The notes: generated from the letters alone by a model not told the origin. A stretch of 64,000 nucleotides of DNA from a candidate division NC10 bacterium CSP1-5 (GCA_001443495.1 LDXR01000006.1:11059-75058), one strand, 5' to 3'. Positions 1 to 11,072 are shown, counted from the first letter of the stretch. Translations and numbers: made by a program.

Positions 1-1
1 C

Positions 2-850
2 GGCGGGCTGTTTGAAGACATCCTGGAGGGGATCTTCGGAGGGTTTGGCGGGCGGAGCGCCGCCCACCGGGGGGTCGACCTCCGCTATACGATGACCATC
101 ACGTTGGAGGAAGCCGCCAAGGGGTTGAAGAGGGAGATCACCGTTCCCCGGCTGGAGGCGTGTGAGAGCTGTCGGGGAACCGGCGCCCGGCCGGGGACGC
201 AACCGCAAGCCTGTCCGGCCTGTCGAGGTAGAGGCCAGATTCGATTTTCGCGAGGCTTTCTCACCGTCGACCAGACCTGTCATCGGTGCGGGGGGGAGGG
301 AAGCACCATCGGTTCCCCTTGTCCCGCATGTCAGGGCGAGGGGCGGAGCACCCAGGAACGGATGGTGGCGGTGAGGGTCCCCCCAGGAGTCGAGACGGGG
401 ATGCGGCTCCGGATCAGTGGCGAGGGAGAGGCCGGGCTCAAAGGTGGGCAGCCGGGCGATCTCTATGTGGTGATCCAGGTTGCGGAGCATCCGATCTTCC
501 GACGGGAGGGGGATGATTTGAGCTGCGAAGTCCCCATCAGCTTCACGCACGCGGCCCTGGGGGGCGAGGCCCAGGTCCCTACCCTCAACGGGATGATCCC
601 CCTTCACATTCCCCCCGGGACCCAACCGGGCGCCGAGTTTCGACTCGAGGGACGCGGTCTCCCGAATCTCAGAGGCTACGGTCGAGGGGACCTGAGGGTG
701 AAGGTCCTGGTCGAGATTCCTTCCCATCTCACCCACAAACAGCGGGAGCTCCTGGAAGAGCTGCATCGTCTGGAGAACGGCGAGGGGACCCCGCTGAGCA
801 GGAGCTTCTTCGAGAAGGTCCGCGAGCTCTTCGGTGGGGGAGTCGGTTGA
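2..850 (+). CDS. dnaJ: Chaperone DnaJ, C-terminal ~280 aa (5' end upstream of window)
   Basis: Frame open to window edge; four CxxCxGxG zinc-finger repeats (CESCRGTG, CPACRGRG, CHRCGGEG, CPACQGEG) followed by DnaJ C-terminal domains. Confidence 0.95.
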   Translation, partial: GGLFEDILEGIFGGFGGRSAAHRGVDLRYTMTITLEEAAKGLKREITVPRLEACESCRGTGARPGTQPQACPACRGRGQIRFSRGFLTVDQTCHRCGGEGSTIGSPCPACQGEGRSTQERMVAVRVPPGVETGMRLRISGEGEAGLKGGQPGDLYVVIQVAEHPIFRREGDDLSCEVPISFTHAALGGEAQVPTLNGMIPLHIPPGTQPGAEFRLEGRGLPNLRGYGRGDLRVKVLVEIPSHLTHKQRELLEELHRLENGEGTPLSRSFFEKVRELFGGGVG

Positions 851-1586
851 CGGACTACGCGTCGTGGATCGTTTCTACGTGACCGGGAAGCACGCCTTGG
901 GCGGTGACGTTCGGTTCAGCGCGGCTCAGGCTCGCCAGATCACCCGGGTCCTGCGGATGGGGGTGGGCAGCCGGGTGCTCACCTTCAACGGCATCGGGCA
1001 GGAGTGGGAGGTAGAGATTGTCGCGGCCTCTCCCCGACAGGTCCTTGGTCGGGTCGTGGCGGAGCGATCTGCGGCGCGAGAGTCCCCCCTTCGGGTTGTG
1101 TTGCTCCAGGGGCTTTTGAAGGGGCCCAAGATGGATTTTCTCATTCAGAAGGTGACGGAAATGGGGGTGGCCGAGGTCGTCCTTCTCACGACGAGGCGGA
1201 CGGTGGCCGAGGGGTCAGGAAAGGTGCCCCGGTGGGAGCGGATTGCCATCGAGGCGGCAGAGCAATCGGGTCGCCTCACGCTCCCGAGACTCACCGGCCC
1301 ACACCCCCTAGAGGAATACGTGACCGGACCCGGCCCCGGGGCGGCCCTGGTCCTCTGGGAGGGGGCGCGAGTGGGGACGCTCGGGGCACTGCTCGATCAG
1401 ATGCCCGCTCCGGATGAGGTCAAGATCGTGGTGGGTCCAGAGGGGGGGCTGGAGATGGACGAGGTCGCCCTCCTCACGCGGGCCGGTTTTGTGCCTGTCT
1501 CCCTGGGGCCCAGGACCTTGCGGGCGGAGACCGCCGCGGTGGCCGCCCTCGCTATTCTCCAGCACCGCTGGGGCGACCTCCGCTGA
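834..1586 (+). CDS. rsmE: 16S rRNA (uracil1498-N3)-methyltransferase RsmE
   Basis: RFYV N-terminus and SPOUT-type C-terminal half with GPEGGL motif (VVGPEGGLEMDEV). GTG 834 overlaps the dnaJ stop; alternative GTG 864 (VDRFYV). Confidence 0.85.
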   Translation: MGESVDGLRVVDRFYVTGKHALGGDVRFSAAQARQITRVLRMGVGSRVLTFNGIGQEWEVEIVAASPRQVLGRVVAERSAARESPLRVVLLQGLLKGPKMDFLIQKVTEMGVAEVVLLTTRRTVAEGSGKVPRWERIAIEAAEQSGRLTLPRLTGPHPLEEYVTGPGPGAALVLWEGARVGTLGALLDQMPAPDEVKIVVGPEGGLEMDEVALLTRAGFVPVSLGPRTLRAETAAVAALAILQHRWGDLR

Positions 1587-1610
1587 GCGACCTTGGTCGT
1601 CGGTCACACG

Positions 1611-2474
1611 ATGCAGCTCTACCTCATCGACGGTACCTCTTACATCTACCGAGCCTTCCACGCCCTGCCACCCTTGAGCAACTCTCGGGGGCTCCCGACC
1701 GGTGCGATCTACGGCGTTACCACGATGTTCCTCAAGATACTGCGTGAACGAGCACCGGAACATGTGGCCGTGGTTTTTGATGCCGGCGGCGAGACGGAGC
1801 GCCACCGGGAGTTCCAGGCCTACAAGGCCCAGCGTCCACCCATGCCTGAGACGCTGGCTCCCCAGATCCCCTATGTCTATCAGGTCGTGGGGGCCCTCAA
1901 TGTGCCGACCCTGATGGCGGAGGGCACCGAGGCGGACGACATTATCGGGACGGTCGCGACCAAGGCGGCTGCCGATGGGTTTCAGGTGACGATTGTCTCC
2001 GGCGACAAGGATCTCTTCCAGCTCGTGGGTCCTGCCATCCAGGTGTACGACCCGATGCGCGACAAGACCTATCGGGTCCGGGATGTCGAGGAGCGATACG
2101 GGGTGCCGCCGGAGGCGATGGCCGACCTGATGAGTCTCACCGGGGACGCCGTGGATAACATCCCCGGGGTCCCCGGAGTGGGAGAGAAGACCGCCAGCGC
2201 GCTGATTCAGGAATTCGGAACGGTGGAGAATCTCCTCCGGTCCTTGGATCGCGTGAAGCGGCCAAGGCTCCGCGAGGCGCTGAAGATGCACGCCGAGCAG
2301 ATCAGGAAAAACCGGACCCTCGTCGCCATCCGGACCGACGTTCCCCTGTCCGTCTCGGTGGAGGCCCTGCGACGCCCGCCTCCCGACTGGGAGCGACTGC
2401 GGGACCTCTTTCGGGAATTGGAGTTTACCCGTTTGCTCGCGGCCCTTGAAGGGGCGCAGCAGGAAATGCGATGA
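1611..2474 (+). CDS. Standalone 5'-3' exonuclease / flap endonuclease (Pol I N-terminal domain homolog, no polymerase domain)
   Basis: MQLYLIDGTSYIYRAFHALPPL, acidic metal-binding clusters (GTEADD, SGDKDL), H3TH segment LTGDAVDNIPGVPGVGEKTA. Stop at 2474 and the next gene is coaE. Confidence 0.88.
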   Translation: MQLYLIDGTSYIYRAFHALPPLSNSRGLPTGAIYGVTTMFLKILRERAPEHVAVVFDAGGETERHREFQAYKAQRPPMPETLAPQIPYVYQVVGALNVPTLMAEGTEADDIIGTVATKAAADGFQVTIVSGDKDLFQLVGPAIQVYDPMRDKTYRVRDVEERYGVPPEAMADLMSLTGDAVDNIPGVPGVGEKTASALIQEFGTVENLLRSLDRVKRPRLREALKMHAEQIRKNRTLVAIRTDVPLSVSVEALRRPPPDWERLRDLFRELEFTRLLAALEGAQQEMR

Positions 2475-2480
2475 TCATAC

Positions 2481-3092
2481 ATGATCCGGGTGGGGCTCAC
2501 GGGGGGGATCGCCACGGGCAAGAGTACCGTCGCCCGCATGTTCGCTCGGCGGGGGGCTGCTGTCATCGATGCGGATGAAATGGTCCGAGAATTGCAAAAG
2601 CGGGGATCGACTGTTTATGAAGCCATCGTCAACGCATTCGGGCCCCACATCCTCCGTGGCGACGGCACCATCGATCGCAGATCATTAGGAGAACTCGTCT
2701 TTCGCGATGAGCAGTTACGCAGGCGCCTCGAGACCATTGTGCATCCTGCCCTCATCAGTGCGGTGGAGCGACGGGTGGCTGAACTTCGGACACAGGGTGT
2801 TGCGGTATGCGTGGTGGAACTCCCCCTCCTCATGGAGGCTGAAGCCGAGCGTCGCTTCGATTGCGTGGTGGTCGTCACCGCCCCGGAAGAGGTGCAGATC
2901 GCTCGCCTCATGGCCGATCGAGGCCTAAGTCGGGAAGAGGCCTTAGCCCGCATCGGCAGTCAGATGCCCCTGGGGGAGAAAGAGCGACGGGGCGATTTCG
3001 TCATTGCAAATGGGGGAGCGCTGCCGGAGACCGAGCGGCGCGTGCAGGAGATCTACGAGTGGCTGCTCCGGAATGCCTCAAAAAAAGCTTGA
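2481..3092 (+). CDS. coaE: Dephospho-CoA kinase
   Basis: N-terminal P-loop GLTGGIATGKST; ~200 aa with CoaE layout. Confidence 0.9.
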   Translation: MIRVGLTGGIATGKSTVARMFARRGAAVIDADEMVRELQKRGSTVYEAIVNAFGPHILRGDGTIDRRSLGELVFRDEQLRRRLETIVHPALISAVERRVAELRTQGVAVCVVELPLLMEAEAERRFDCVVVVTAPEEVQIARLMADRGLSREEALARIGSQMPLGEKERRGDFVIANGGALPETERRVQEIYEWLLRNASKKA

Positions 3093-3117
3093 CAAGGTCT
3101 GGGTGGGTTCGTAGTAT
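3089..3117 (+). promoter_or_regulatory. Sigma70-type promoter for rho (TTGACA-17-TAGTAT)
   Basis: Perfect -35, 17-nt spacer and a good -10; it overlaps the coaE stop and gives a ~280-nt leader. Confidence 0.6.
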
Positions 3118-3403
3118 TTATTGTGGACATACCCATTTGAGGCATCTCCTCAGCACTTTCAAGGTTATTCCACCACAGTACTCCAGCCCTGAATCAGCCT
3201 CGGGAGATCCCCTGTATCGGGTAGTGCACATAGACGGAGAACGAGAATCCGCTCGACACGCTGGGTCCTGGGCAATCGCGCCCGATCATGCATCGCCGCG
3301 TGGTCACGAGGGGCGGTCCGGGGCTAGCGCGAGAGGGTAAGTAAGAGGACCGGGAGATCACGGGTTCCGCGACCGGAGCCACGCAGAGAGGGGAGAAAGC
3401 GCG

Positions 3404-4771
3404 ATGCCGTCCGAACGCCATGGGAGTGATGCCGTGAAGGAAGCGACCAAAGAGCAGAAAGAGACTAAAGAGGCCAAGGCGGTGCCCCGGGAGACGGCCA
3501 AGGACGCCCCCCGCGAGGGCCTCATGAACCTGGCCGAGTTGACCGATAGGACCATCCCCGAACTGACCACCATTGCGCGCTCCGTGGGCCTGGTGGGCGC
3601 CAGCGCGCTCAGGAAGCAGGATCTCATCTTCAAGATCCTGGAGGCCCAGGCGGAAAAGAATGGGCTCATTTTCGCCGAGGGGGTCCTGGAGGTCCTCCCG
3701 GATGGTTTCGGCTTCCTCCGGGCGCCCAACTATAACTACCTTCCCGGGCCTGACGATATCTACGTCTCCCCGTCCCAGATCCGGCGCTTCGATCTCCGCA
3801 CCGGCGATACGGTGTCGGGGCAGGTCCGACCGCCCAAGGAGGGGGAGCGGTATTTCGCCCTCCTCAAGGTGGAGGCGGTCAACTTTGAGAACCCCGAGGC
3901 GATCAAGGATAAGACCCTCTTCGATAACCTCACGCCCCTCTTCCCCAACGAGCGGTTCCGCCTGGAGACGACCGGGGATGAGATCAACATGCGGGTCATG
4001 GATCTGATCACGCCGATCGGGAAGGGGCAGCGGGGATTGATCGTGGCGCCGCCCCGGACCGGGAAGACGATCCTCCTGCAAAAGATTGCGAACAGTATCA
4101 CCAAGAATCATCCGGAGGCATTCCTCATCGTCCTCCTCATCGATGAACGCCCGGAGGAGGTGACCGACTTCCAGCGGTCGGTGAAGGCCGAGGTGATCAG
4201 CTCCACCTTCGACGAGCCGGCCAGCCGCCACGTGCAGGTGGCCGAGATGGTCCTGGAAAAGGCGAAGCGGCTCGTGGAGCACCGACGCGATGTGGTCATC
4301 CTCCTCGACTCGATCACCCGACTCGCCCGCGCGTATAACGCGGTCTGTCCGCCGAGCGGCAAGGTCCTCTCAGGCGGGGTCGATGCCAACGCGCTGCAGC
4401 GTCCCAAGCGTTTCTTTGGGGCGGCCCGGAACATCGAGGAGGGGGGGTCCCTCACCATCATCGCCACGGCCTTGGTCGATACCGGCAGCCGGATGGACGA
4501 TGTGATCTTTGAGGAGTTCAAGGGGACCGGGAATATGGAGCTACTTCTGGACCGCCGCTTGGTGGATAAGCGCATGTTCCCCGCCATCGACATCTTCCGG
4601 TCCGGGACCCGCAAGGAGGAGCTGCTCTTGACGCAGGAGGAGCTCAACCGGATGTGGGTGCTCCGGAAGGTCCTGGCCACCATGGGGGTGGTGGAGGCGA
4701 TGGAGCTTCTGCAGGGGAAGCTCTCCGAGGCCAAGTCCAACGCGGACTTTCTCCGGTCCATGAATACCTAG
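3404..4771 (+). CDS. rho: Transcription termination factor Rho
   Basis: Lys/Glu-rich N-terminal extension, RNA-binding domain, Walker A PPRTGKT, full-length RecA-type ATPase core, 455 aa. Confidence 0.97.
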   Translation: MPSERHGSDAVKEATKEQKETKEAKAVPRETAKDAPREGLMNLAELTDRTIPELTTIARSVGLVGASALRKQDLIFKILEAQAEKNGLIFAEGVLEVLPDGFGFLRAPNYNYLPGPDDIYVSPSQIRRFDLRTGDTVSGQVRPPKEGERYFALLKVEAVNFENPEAIKDKTLFDNLTPLFPNERFRLETTGDEINMRVMDLITPIGKGQRGLIVAPPRTGKTILLQKIANSITKNHPEAFLIVLLIDERPEEVTDFQRSVKAEVISSTFDEPASRHVQVAEMVLEKAKRLVEHRRDVVILLDSITRLARAYNAVCPPSGKVLSGGVDANALQRPKRFFGAARNIEEGGSLTIIATALVDTGSRMDDVIFEEFKGTGNMELLLDRRLVDKRMFPAIDIFRSGTRKEELLLTQEELNRMWVLRKVLATMGVVEAMELLQGKLSEAKSNADFLRSMNT

Positions 4772-4793
4772 GTGGGCGGAGAAGTCCAGGCAC

Positions 4794-4819
4794 AAAAGCA
4801 GCCGCGAGGCTGCTTTTTT
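4794..4819 (+). terminator. Intrinsic terminator after rho
   Basis: AAAA-GCAGCC-gcga-GGCTGC-TTTTTT. Confidence 0.8.
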
Positions 4820-4820
4820 G

Positions 4821-4848
4821 TTGCCCGGAGGACGGGGCGTGCTACAAT
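4821..4848 (+). promoter_or_regulatory. Sigma70-type promoter for rpmE (TTGCCC-16-TACAAT)
   Basis: Directly downstream of the rho terminator. Confidence 0.45.
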
Positions 4849-4902
4849 GCCTGACGTGTGGTGAGGCGGCAGTGCCTTGCATCGACGATGGGAGAGGTGG
4901 AG

Positions 4903-5118
4903 ATGAAGAAGGGTATCCACCCTGAGTATGTGGATTGTATGATTAGCTGCGCCTGCGGCGAGGTCATCCATACACGCTCGGTTGTGCCGACGCTCCGGGT
5001 CGAGATCTGCTCCAAATGTCATCCATTTTTTACCGGCCGTCAGAAGCTGGTGGATACCGAGGGGCGCGTGGAGCGATTCCAGCGGAGATATGGCCGCAAG
5101 ACAGCCCCGGGTTCATAA
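4903..5118 (+). CDS. rpmE: 50S ribosomal protein L31 (zinc-binding type)
   Basis: MKKGIHPEY..., CACG...[19 protein letters not shown] just upstream of ATG 4903; the ORF-table start 4858 adds non-homologous residues. Confidence 0.95.
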   Translation: MKKGIHPEYVDCMISCACGEVIHTRSVVPTLRVEICSKCHPFFTGRQKLVDTEGRVERFQRRYGRKTAPGS

Positions 5119-5181
5119 TTCACCGGTTGCCGGGCGGGCATGCGGTTCCACCAGTGACTGGTGAAGTGTGAACGAGCTCTC

Positions 5182-6261
5182 ATGTTGCCCTGGGTCGACA
5201 AGCTGCGGGAAATCGAGGAGCGGTACGAGGAGTTGAGCCGGAAGCTGGCCGATCCCTCCGTTCTCCAGGATCCCACTACCTTTCAGCGCCACGCGAAGGC
5301 CCACGCCAGTCTCCATCCTCTCGTCGAGAAATACCGGGCCCACCAGCGGCTGATGCGCGAGCAGGATGAGGCCGCCGCCCTCCTCGGGGAGGCGACCGAC
5401 CCAGAGATGCGGGCGTTGGCCGACGGGGAACTCAAGGCCCTCAAGGGGCGACGGGAGGCCTTGGAGCGCGAGCTGCAGGAGCTGCTGCTTCCCAAGGACC
5501 CGACCGACGAGAAGGGCGTGATCATGGAGATCCGAGCCGGGGCCGGAGGGAATGAGGCAGCGCTGTTCGCCGCCGATCTCCTCCGAATGTATACTCGGTA
5601 CGCGGAGGCGGCCCGCTTCAAGGTGGAGATGCTCTCGGCTCATCCTACGGGGATCGGCGGGATGAAAGAGGCCATCCTGGCGATTGAAGGCAAAGGGGCC
5701 TTCCGGAAGTTGCGTCACGAGAGTGGCGTCCATCGCGTCCAGCGGGTGCCCGCCACCGAGGCGAGCGGTCGGATCCACACGTCGACGGTGACGATCGCGG
5801 TCCTGCCTGAGGCGGAGGAGGTCGATGTGCAGATCGACCCGAAGGACCTCCAGATCGACGTCTTCCGGGCCAGCGGTGCCGGGGGACAGCACGTGAATGT
5901 CACCGACTCGGCGGTCCGGATCACCCACATCCCGACAGGTCTGGTGGTCTCTTGTCAGGACGAACGGTCCCAGCACAAGAACAAGGCCAAGGCCCTCAAG
6001 GTCCTCCGGGCGCGTCTCTTGGAGCGGGCCCGGGCCGAGCAGGACCGGGAGATCGCCGATGCCAGGCGCCAGCAGGTCGGGACGGGGGACCGGAGTGAGC
6101 GGATCCGGACATACAACTTTCCCCAAGGCCGGGTGACCGATCACCGTATCGGGCTGACGCTGCATAATCTCCCGGGGCTCCTCGACGGCAACCTGGACGA
6201 GTTGACGCAGGCCCTGATGGCTCATCATGAGGCGGAGCGGCTGAAGGCCCCCTCGGCATGA
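5182..6261 (+). CDS. prfA: Peptide chain release factor 1
   Basis: PAT codon-recognition tripeptide (RVPATE) and GGQ motif (SGAGGQHVN). ATG 5182 chosen over GTG 5161. Confidence 0.95.
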   Translation: MLPWVDKLREIEERYEELSRKLADPSVLQDPTTFQRHAKAHASLHPLVEKYRAHQRLMREQDEAAALLGEATDPEMRALADGELKALKGRREALERELQELLLPKDPTDEKGVIMEIRAGAGGNEAALFAADLLRMYTRYAEAARFKVEMLSAHPTGIGGMKEAILAIEGKGAFRKLRHESGVHRVQRVPATEASGRIHTSTVTIAVLPEAEEVDVQIDPKDLQIDVFRASGAGGQHVNVTDSAVRITHIPTGLVVSCQDERSQHKNKAKALKVLRARLLERARAEQDREIADARRQQVGTGDRSERIRTYNFPQGRVTDHRIGLTLHNLPGLLDGNLDELTQALMAHHEAERLKAPSA

Positions 6262-6312
6262 TGAGGCCCGGGGTGGAGAGGGGAGGGAATCCGCATTCCG
6301 AAGGATCCGTCT

Positions 6313-7233
6313 GTGGGCGAGATGGTCGTCTGGGCGACGGCGCTCCTGGAATCGAGCGGCGTGGAGTCCCCTCGGTTGGACGCCGAGTGTCTCTTGGCGT
6401 CCCTCCTCGGCAGGGATCGCCTCCATCTGTATGCGGCCGCTGAGGAACGGATGCCTCTTCCGGTGTTCGAGGTCTATCGGGCCCTCCTCGGCCGGCGGCA
6501 GGCCCGTGAGCCGCTCGCATATCTCACCCGGACGAGGGAGTTCTGGTCCCTCTCTTTCGCGGTGACCCCTGCTGTCCTGATCCCGCGTCCCGAGACCGAG
6601 ACGCTGGTCGAGACGGCGCTGGCGCGGCTCAGCGAGCTGCAGGCGCCGATCATTGCGGACATCGGCACCGGCTCCGGAGCCATCGCCGTGGCGGTGGCGA
6701 AGACCCTTCCCCACAGCCGGCTCTATGCGACGGACATTTCGAGCCGGGCCTTGGACGTCGCCCGAGAAAATGCCGCGAGACACGGGGTCCTCGAAAGAAT
6801 TACGTTCCTCCAGGGAGATCTGGTGGAGCCGCTCCTTTGCCTGGGTCTCGCCCATCACTGTGACCTCATGGTGAGCAACCCTCCCTACGTTGCCACCAAG
6901 GAATTGGGGGGGCTGCCGCCCGAGGTACGCTATGAGCCCCTGGAGGCTCTGCATGGGGGGCCGGACGGCCTTGACGTTCACCCGCGGCTCATCCGTGGGG
7001 CCTCGACGTTGCTCCGGCCCGGGGGATGGTTGGCCGTAGAGATGGCACCGGGACAGGGGCCTTCGCTCAGCAGACTTCTGCGGGAGCAGGGTGTCTTCGG
7101 CGACATCGAGGTGACCCCGGATTTGAGCGGACGCGAGCGGGTGATCGTCGCTCGGTGCACGGATCCTGGGTCGGCGCGGTCAGGGGTGGGGTTCGGTCTG
7201 CGTGAGACGGCCGGCCGCACGCATGGGGGATAA
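6313..7233 (+). CDS. prmC: Release factor glutamine N5-methyltransferase PrmC/HemK
   Basis: SAM-binding [10 protein letters not shown] and catalytic NPPY; located directly after prfA. Confidence 0.9.
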   Translation: MGEMVVWATALLESSGVESPRLDAECLLASLLGRDRLHLYAAAEERMPLPVFEVYRALLGRRQAREPLAYLTRTREFWSLSFAVTPAVLIPRPETETLVETALARLSELQAPIIADIGTGSGAIAVAVAKTLPHSRLYATDISSRALDVARENAARHGVLERITFLQGDLVEPLLCLGLAHHCDLMVSNPPYVATKELGGLPPEVRYEPLEALHGGPDGLDVHPRLIRGASTLLRPGGWLAVEMAPGQGPSLSRLLREQGVFGDIEVTPDLSGRERVIVARCTDPGSARSGVGFGLRETAGRTHGG

Positions 7234-8491
7234 GGTGGACCGGTTGGTGATCCACGGGGGAAGGCCTCTCTGCGGCACCGTGACAGTGAGCGGGGCGAAG
7301 AATGCCGCGCTCCCCGCCATGGTGGCCGTTCTCCTTACCCCGCAGGAGCTCATCCTGGAAAATGTCCCCTCCCTTGGGGATGTGGCGACAATCAGGAGGC
7401 TTCTTGGGTTCATGGGGGTGGAGTCGCGCGATGTGGGTCCCGGGACGGTGCATCTCACCTCGCGGGCCGTTGAGCGGTGCGAGGCGCCCTACGATCTGGT
7501 GCGGACGATGCGGGCCGCGGTCTTAGTGCTCGGCCCCCTGCTCGCCAGGTTCGGCGAGGCGAGGGTCTCGCTTCCGGGGGGCTGTGCCATCGGCCCGCGG
7601 CCTATCAATATGCATCTCGCCGGGCTCCAGCGGATGGGAGCAGAGATCGATCTGGTGGAGGGATACGTGGTGGCCAAGGCGCGTCGTCTCAGCGGAGCGC
7701 GCCTTGCCTTCGAGACGGTGACGGTCACCGGGACCGAGAATCTCATGATGGCGGCGACGTTGGCGAAGGGGACGACGGTCCTCGAAAACGCCGCCTCTGA
7801 GCCGGAGGTGGTTGACCTGGCCCGCCTCCTCCAAGCGATGGGGGCGCGGATCGAGGGGGCAGGCACGTCCACCATCACGATCGGGGGGGGCGAGGCGCTC
7901 ACCGGTGCCCGGCACCGGGTCGTCCCGGATCGGATCGAGGCGGGAACCTTGGCGGTGGCGGCGGCCATTACGCTGGGAGATGTGTTGATCCTGGGCTGCG
8001 TCCCACACCACGTGGAGGCGGTGACGGCAAAGCTCCGCGAGGCAGGGGCATCCGTGACTGTCGAGGCGGGGGGAATTCGGGTCCGGATGGCTGCCCGACC
8101 CCGGGCGGTGGATATCAGCACCGCTCCCTTCCCCGGCTTCGCCACCGATATGCAGGCGCAGATCACAGCGCTCATGGCGATCGCCGACGGCAGATCCGTC
8201 ATCACCGAGACGGTCTTCGAGAATCGCTTTATGCACATCCCCGAGCTCGTACGGATGGGAGCAGACATTACGGTCGGAGGCCGGGAGGCCGTGGTCCAGG
8301 GTGTCCCCTTCCTCCGGGGGGCCCCCGTGATGGCGACCGATCTCCGCGCCAGCGCCTCCTTGGTGTTGGCGGGACTTCAGGCCCGGGGTGAAACGGTGGT
8401 CGATCAGATCTATCACCTGGATCGCGGCTACGAGCGATTAGAGGCGAAGCTGCAGTCCCTGGGGGGGGAGATCCGGCGGGTCGAGGGCTGA
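7223..8491 (+). CDS. murA: UDP-N-acetylglucosamine 1-carboxyvinyltransferase
   Basis: GAKNAALP N-terminal motif, active-site Cys loop [12 protein letters not shown], ~420 aa. ATG 7223 overlaps the prmC stop. Confidence 0.95.
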   Translation: MGDKVDRLVIHGGRPLCGTVTVSGAKNAALPAMVAVLLTPQELILENVPSLGDVATIRRLLGFMGVESRDVGPGTVHLTSRAVERCEAPYDLVRTMRAAVLVLGPLLARFGEARVSLPGGCAIGPRPINMHLAGLQRMGAEIDLVEGYVVAKARRLSGARLAFETVTVTGTENLMMAATLAKGTTVLENAASEPEVVDLARLLQAMGARIEGAGTSTITIGGGEALTGARHRVVPDRIEAGTLAVAAAITLGDVLILGCVPHHVEAVTAKLREAGASVTVEAGGIRVRMAARPRAVDISTAPFPGFATDMQAQITALMAIADGRSVITETVFENRFMHIPELVRMGADITVGGREAVVQGVPFLRGAPVMATDLRASASLVLAGLQARGETVVDQIYHLDRGYERLEAKLQSLGGEIRRVEG

Positions 8492-9148
8492 ATGCTGCGG
8501 GGACAGATCGCCATTGCTCTGCCGAAGGGGCGGCTTCTCCCCGAGGCCATCAAGCTCTTCGAGGCGACGGGGATCGAAGGGCTCGAGGGGCTCATGGAGT
8601 CGCGGCGCCTCCTGTGCGAGGACGTGACGGGGGCGTACCGCTTCATGGTGCTCCGCCCGGCCGATATTCCCACCTATGTGGAGCACGGGGCCACCGATAT
8701 CGGTGTGGTGGGCAAGGATATCCTCCTCGAGCAGGAGCGGGATGTCTACGAACCGCTGGACCTCAAGTTTGGGGCCTGTCGTCTGGTGGTGGCCCAGCCG
8801 AAGAATCTGCAGCAACGCTGGAGCCCGGGCGGCTTCTCGTCGGTGCGGGTGGCCACCAAGTATCCCAAACTGGCCGAACGGTACTTCGCCCAGCAGGGGG
8901 TGCAGGTCGAGATCATCCGTCTCTCGGGCTCCATCGAGCTGGCGCCGCTCGTGGGGCTGTCCGAGCGGATCGTGGATCTGGTCGACACGGGCCGGACCTT
9001 GCAGGAGAACGATCTGGAAGAAGTGGAAGAGATCGCCACCGCCACCGCGCGGCTCATTGTCAATCGGGCTGCCTTGAAGACCAAGCACCAGAAGGTCCGG
9101 GGCCTGATTGACCGCCTGGCGGCCGTCGTTCAGGGGGGGCGCGCATGA
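8492..9148 (+). CDS. hisG: ATP phosphoribosyltransferase, short form
   Basis: 218 aa HisG-like sequence (IALPKGRL..., VDLVDTGRTL) with no C-terminal regulatory domain; ATG abuts the murA stop. Confidence 0.9.
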   Translation: MLRGQIAIALPKGRLLPEAIKLFEATGIEGLEGLMESRRLLCEDVTGAYRFMVLRPADIPTYVEHGATDIGVVGKDILLEQERDVYEPLDLKFGACRLVVAQPKNLQQRWSPGGFSSVRVATKYPKLAERYFAQQGVQVEIIRLSGSIELAPLVGLSERIVDLVDTGRTLQENDLEEVEEIATATARLIVNRAALKTKHQKVRGLIDRLAAVVQGGRA

Positions 9149-10434
9149 TTCGAATCCTCCGCGCCGATGGAGACGAAGGGACTGCCTTTCTGAAAGAGCT
9201 CGCCGTGCGGCGGGCCGCGGTGTCCGCCGAGGCGGAGGAGGTGGTTCGCCCCATCCTCACTGAGGTGCGCGAGAAGGGCGATGCCGCGCTCTTGGAGTAT
9301 GCGAGGCGTTTCGATGGGGCCTCGCTCACGCCGGGCACCCTCCGGGTGACGCCGGACGAGGTGAAGCAGGCCGTTGACCATCTGCAGCCCGAGGCTATCG
9401 AGGCGCTCAGGCTTGCGGCGGCGCGGATCGAACACTTCCACCGCCGACAGCTCCCGCACTCGTGGTTCGTGACCGAGGAGGGGGCGGTCCTCGGCCAGCT
9501 CTGCCGGCCGCTGGATGCGGTCGGGATCTACATCCCGGGTGGGAAGGCCGTCTACCCTTCGACGGTGCTGATGAACGGCGTTCCCGCGGCGGTCGCAGGG
9601 GTGGAGAGGCGCGTCATCTGTACCCCGGTCAGTGCGGGTCTCGCGGTGCATCCCGCGGTCCTGGTGGCCGCCTCCCTCGCGGGGATCGCGGAGATCTACA
9701 AGGTGGGCGGGGCGCAGGCGATCGCCGCGTTGGCCTACGGGACCGATTCCATTCCGCGAGTGGACAAGATCGTCGGCCCGGGGAACATGTACGTGGCGAC
9801 CGCCAAGCGCCTGGTGGCCGGCGTGGTAGGGATCGATGGGATTGCCGGGCCGACCGAGGTGGTGGTGGTGGCGGACGAGACCGGCGATCCCGCATACATC
9901 GGGGCGGATCTGCTCGCCCAGGCTGAGCATGACGAAATGGCCATGACGGTGTGCATCACAGTCAGCGAGGCCCTGGCTGCCGCTGTGGTGATCGAGCTGA
10001 AACGACAACTCACCGATCTTCCGCGGCGCCGGATCGCCGAGGCGAGCCTCGCGCACAACGGGGCGGTCCTCGTGGTCCCGACGCTCGACGCTGCGTTCGC
10101 CCTCGTCAACCGCATCGCGCCCGAACATGTGGAGCTCCACTGTCAGAACCCGTGGTCCCATCTGGAGCGCATCCGGCATGCGGGGGCGGTCTGCATAGGT
10201 GCCTTCTCACCCGAGGCCCTGGGGGACTATCTGGCCGGCCCGAATCACGTGCTTCCCACCGGCGGGACGGCGCGTTTTGCCTCTCCCCTCTCGGTGGAAG
10301 ACTTCCTGCACCGCACCAGCCTCCTCCACTTCACCGAGGAGGGACTGAAGCGGCTGGGGGGCCCTGCCATGACGCTGGCCTCTCTCGAGGGGCTCGATGG
10401 TCATGCCCGAGCCGTACGGATTCGACAGCGGTGA
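9145..10434 (+). CDS. hisD: Histidinol dehydrogenase
   Basis: 429 aa; conserved QAEHD and GDYLAGPNHVLPT segments; ATGA overlap with hisG. Confidence 0.95.
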   Translation: MIRILRADGDEGTAFLKELAVRRAAVSAEAEEVVRPILTEVREKGDAALLEYARRFDGASLTPGTLRVTPDEVKQAVDHLQPEAIEALRLAAARIEHFHRRQLPHSWFVTEEGAVLGQLCRPLDAVGIYIPGGKAVYPSTVLMNGVPAAVAGVERRVICTPVSAGLAVHPAVLVAASLAGIAEIYKVGGAQAIAALAYGTDSIPRVDKIVGPGNMYVATAKRLVAGVVGIDGIAGPTEVVVVADETGDPAYIGADLLAQAEHDEMAMTVCITVSEALAAAVVIELKRQLTDLPRRRIAEASLAHNGAVLVVPTLDAAFALVNRIAPEHVELHCQNPWSHLERIRHAGAVCIGAFSPEALGDYLAGPNHVLPTGGTARFASPLSVEDFLHRTSLLHFTEEGLKRLGGPAMTLASLEGLDGHARAVRIRQR

Positions 10435-10446
10435 CGAGGAGGAGCC

Positions 10447-11055
10447 ATGGGGGCGAAGTCGAGACGCATGCCTCGCAAGGCAAAGGTCCGTCGCCGGACC
10501 ACCGAGACCGATGTGGCCGTTGAGCTCGAACTCGACGGGCAGGGGAGGTTCCGGGTCGAGACCGGTCTGCCGTTCTTCGATCACATGCTTGCACAACTGG
10601 CGAAACACGGCCTCTTCAACCTGACCCTTCGGGCCAAGGGAGATCTCGAGGTCGATCCCCACCACACCATGGAGGATGTGGGGTTGGCCCTGGGGGAGGC
10701 CTTTGCCCAGGCGCTGGGGAACCGGGCGAACATCCGGCGCTACGGTCAGGCGACGGTGCCGATGGACGACGCGCTCGGCTGGGTTGCGGTGGACGTGAGC
10801 GGTCGGCCCTTCCTCGCCTACCGGGCAGACGGGCTTGCAGGGAAGATCGGAGAGTTCGATGCGGCGCTCCTGAAGGAGTTCTTTCGGGCCTTCGCCACCG
10901 CGCTGAAGGCGAATGTCCATATCGGGGTCGCCTACGGCGAGAACACGCACCATATGGCTGAGTCGGTCTTCAAGGCCGCCGGTCGGGCCCTGGATGTCGC
11001 GACCACGCTCGATCCCCGCGTCAAGGGGATTCCCTCAACCAAGGGAAAGCTCTAG
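10447..11055 (+). CDS. hisB: Imidazoleglycerol-phosphate dehydratase
   Basis: RRTTETDV..., DPHHTMEDVGLALG, HHMAESVFKA motifs; ~200 aa. Confidence 0.95.
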   Translation: MGAKSRRMPRKAKVRRRTTETDVAVELELDGQGRFRVETGLPFFDHMLAQLAKHGLFNLTLRAKGDLEVDPHHTMEDVGLALGEAFAQALGNRANIRRYGQATVPMDDALGWVAVDVSGRPFLAYRADGLAGKIGEFDAALLKEFFRAFATALKANVHIGVAYGENTHHMAESVFKAAGRALDVATTLDPRVKGIPSTKGKL

Positions 11056-11072
11056 GACCGCTTCGCGGTCCT

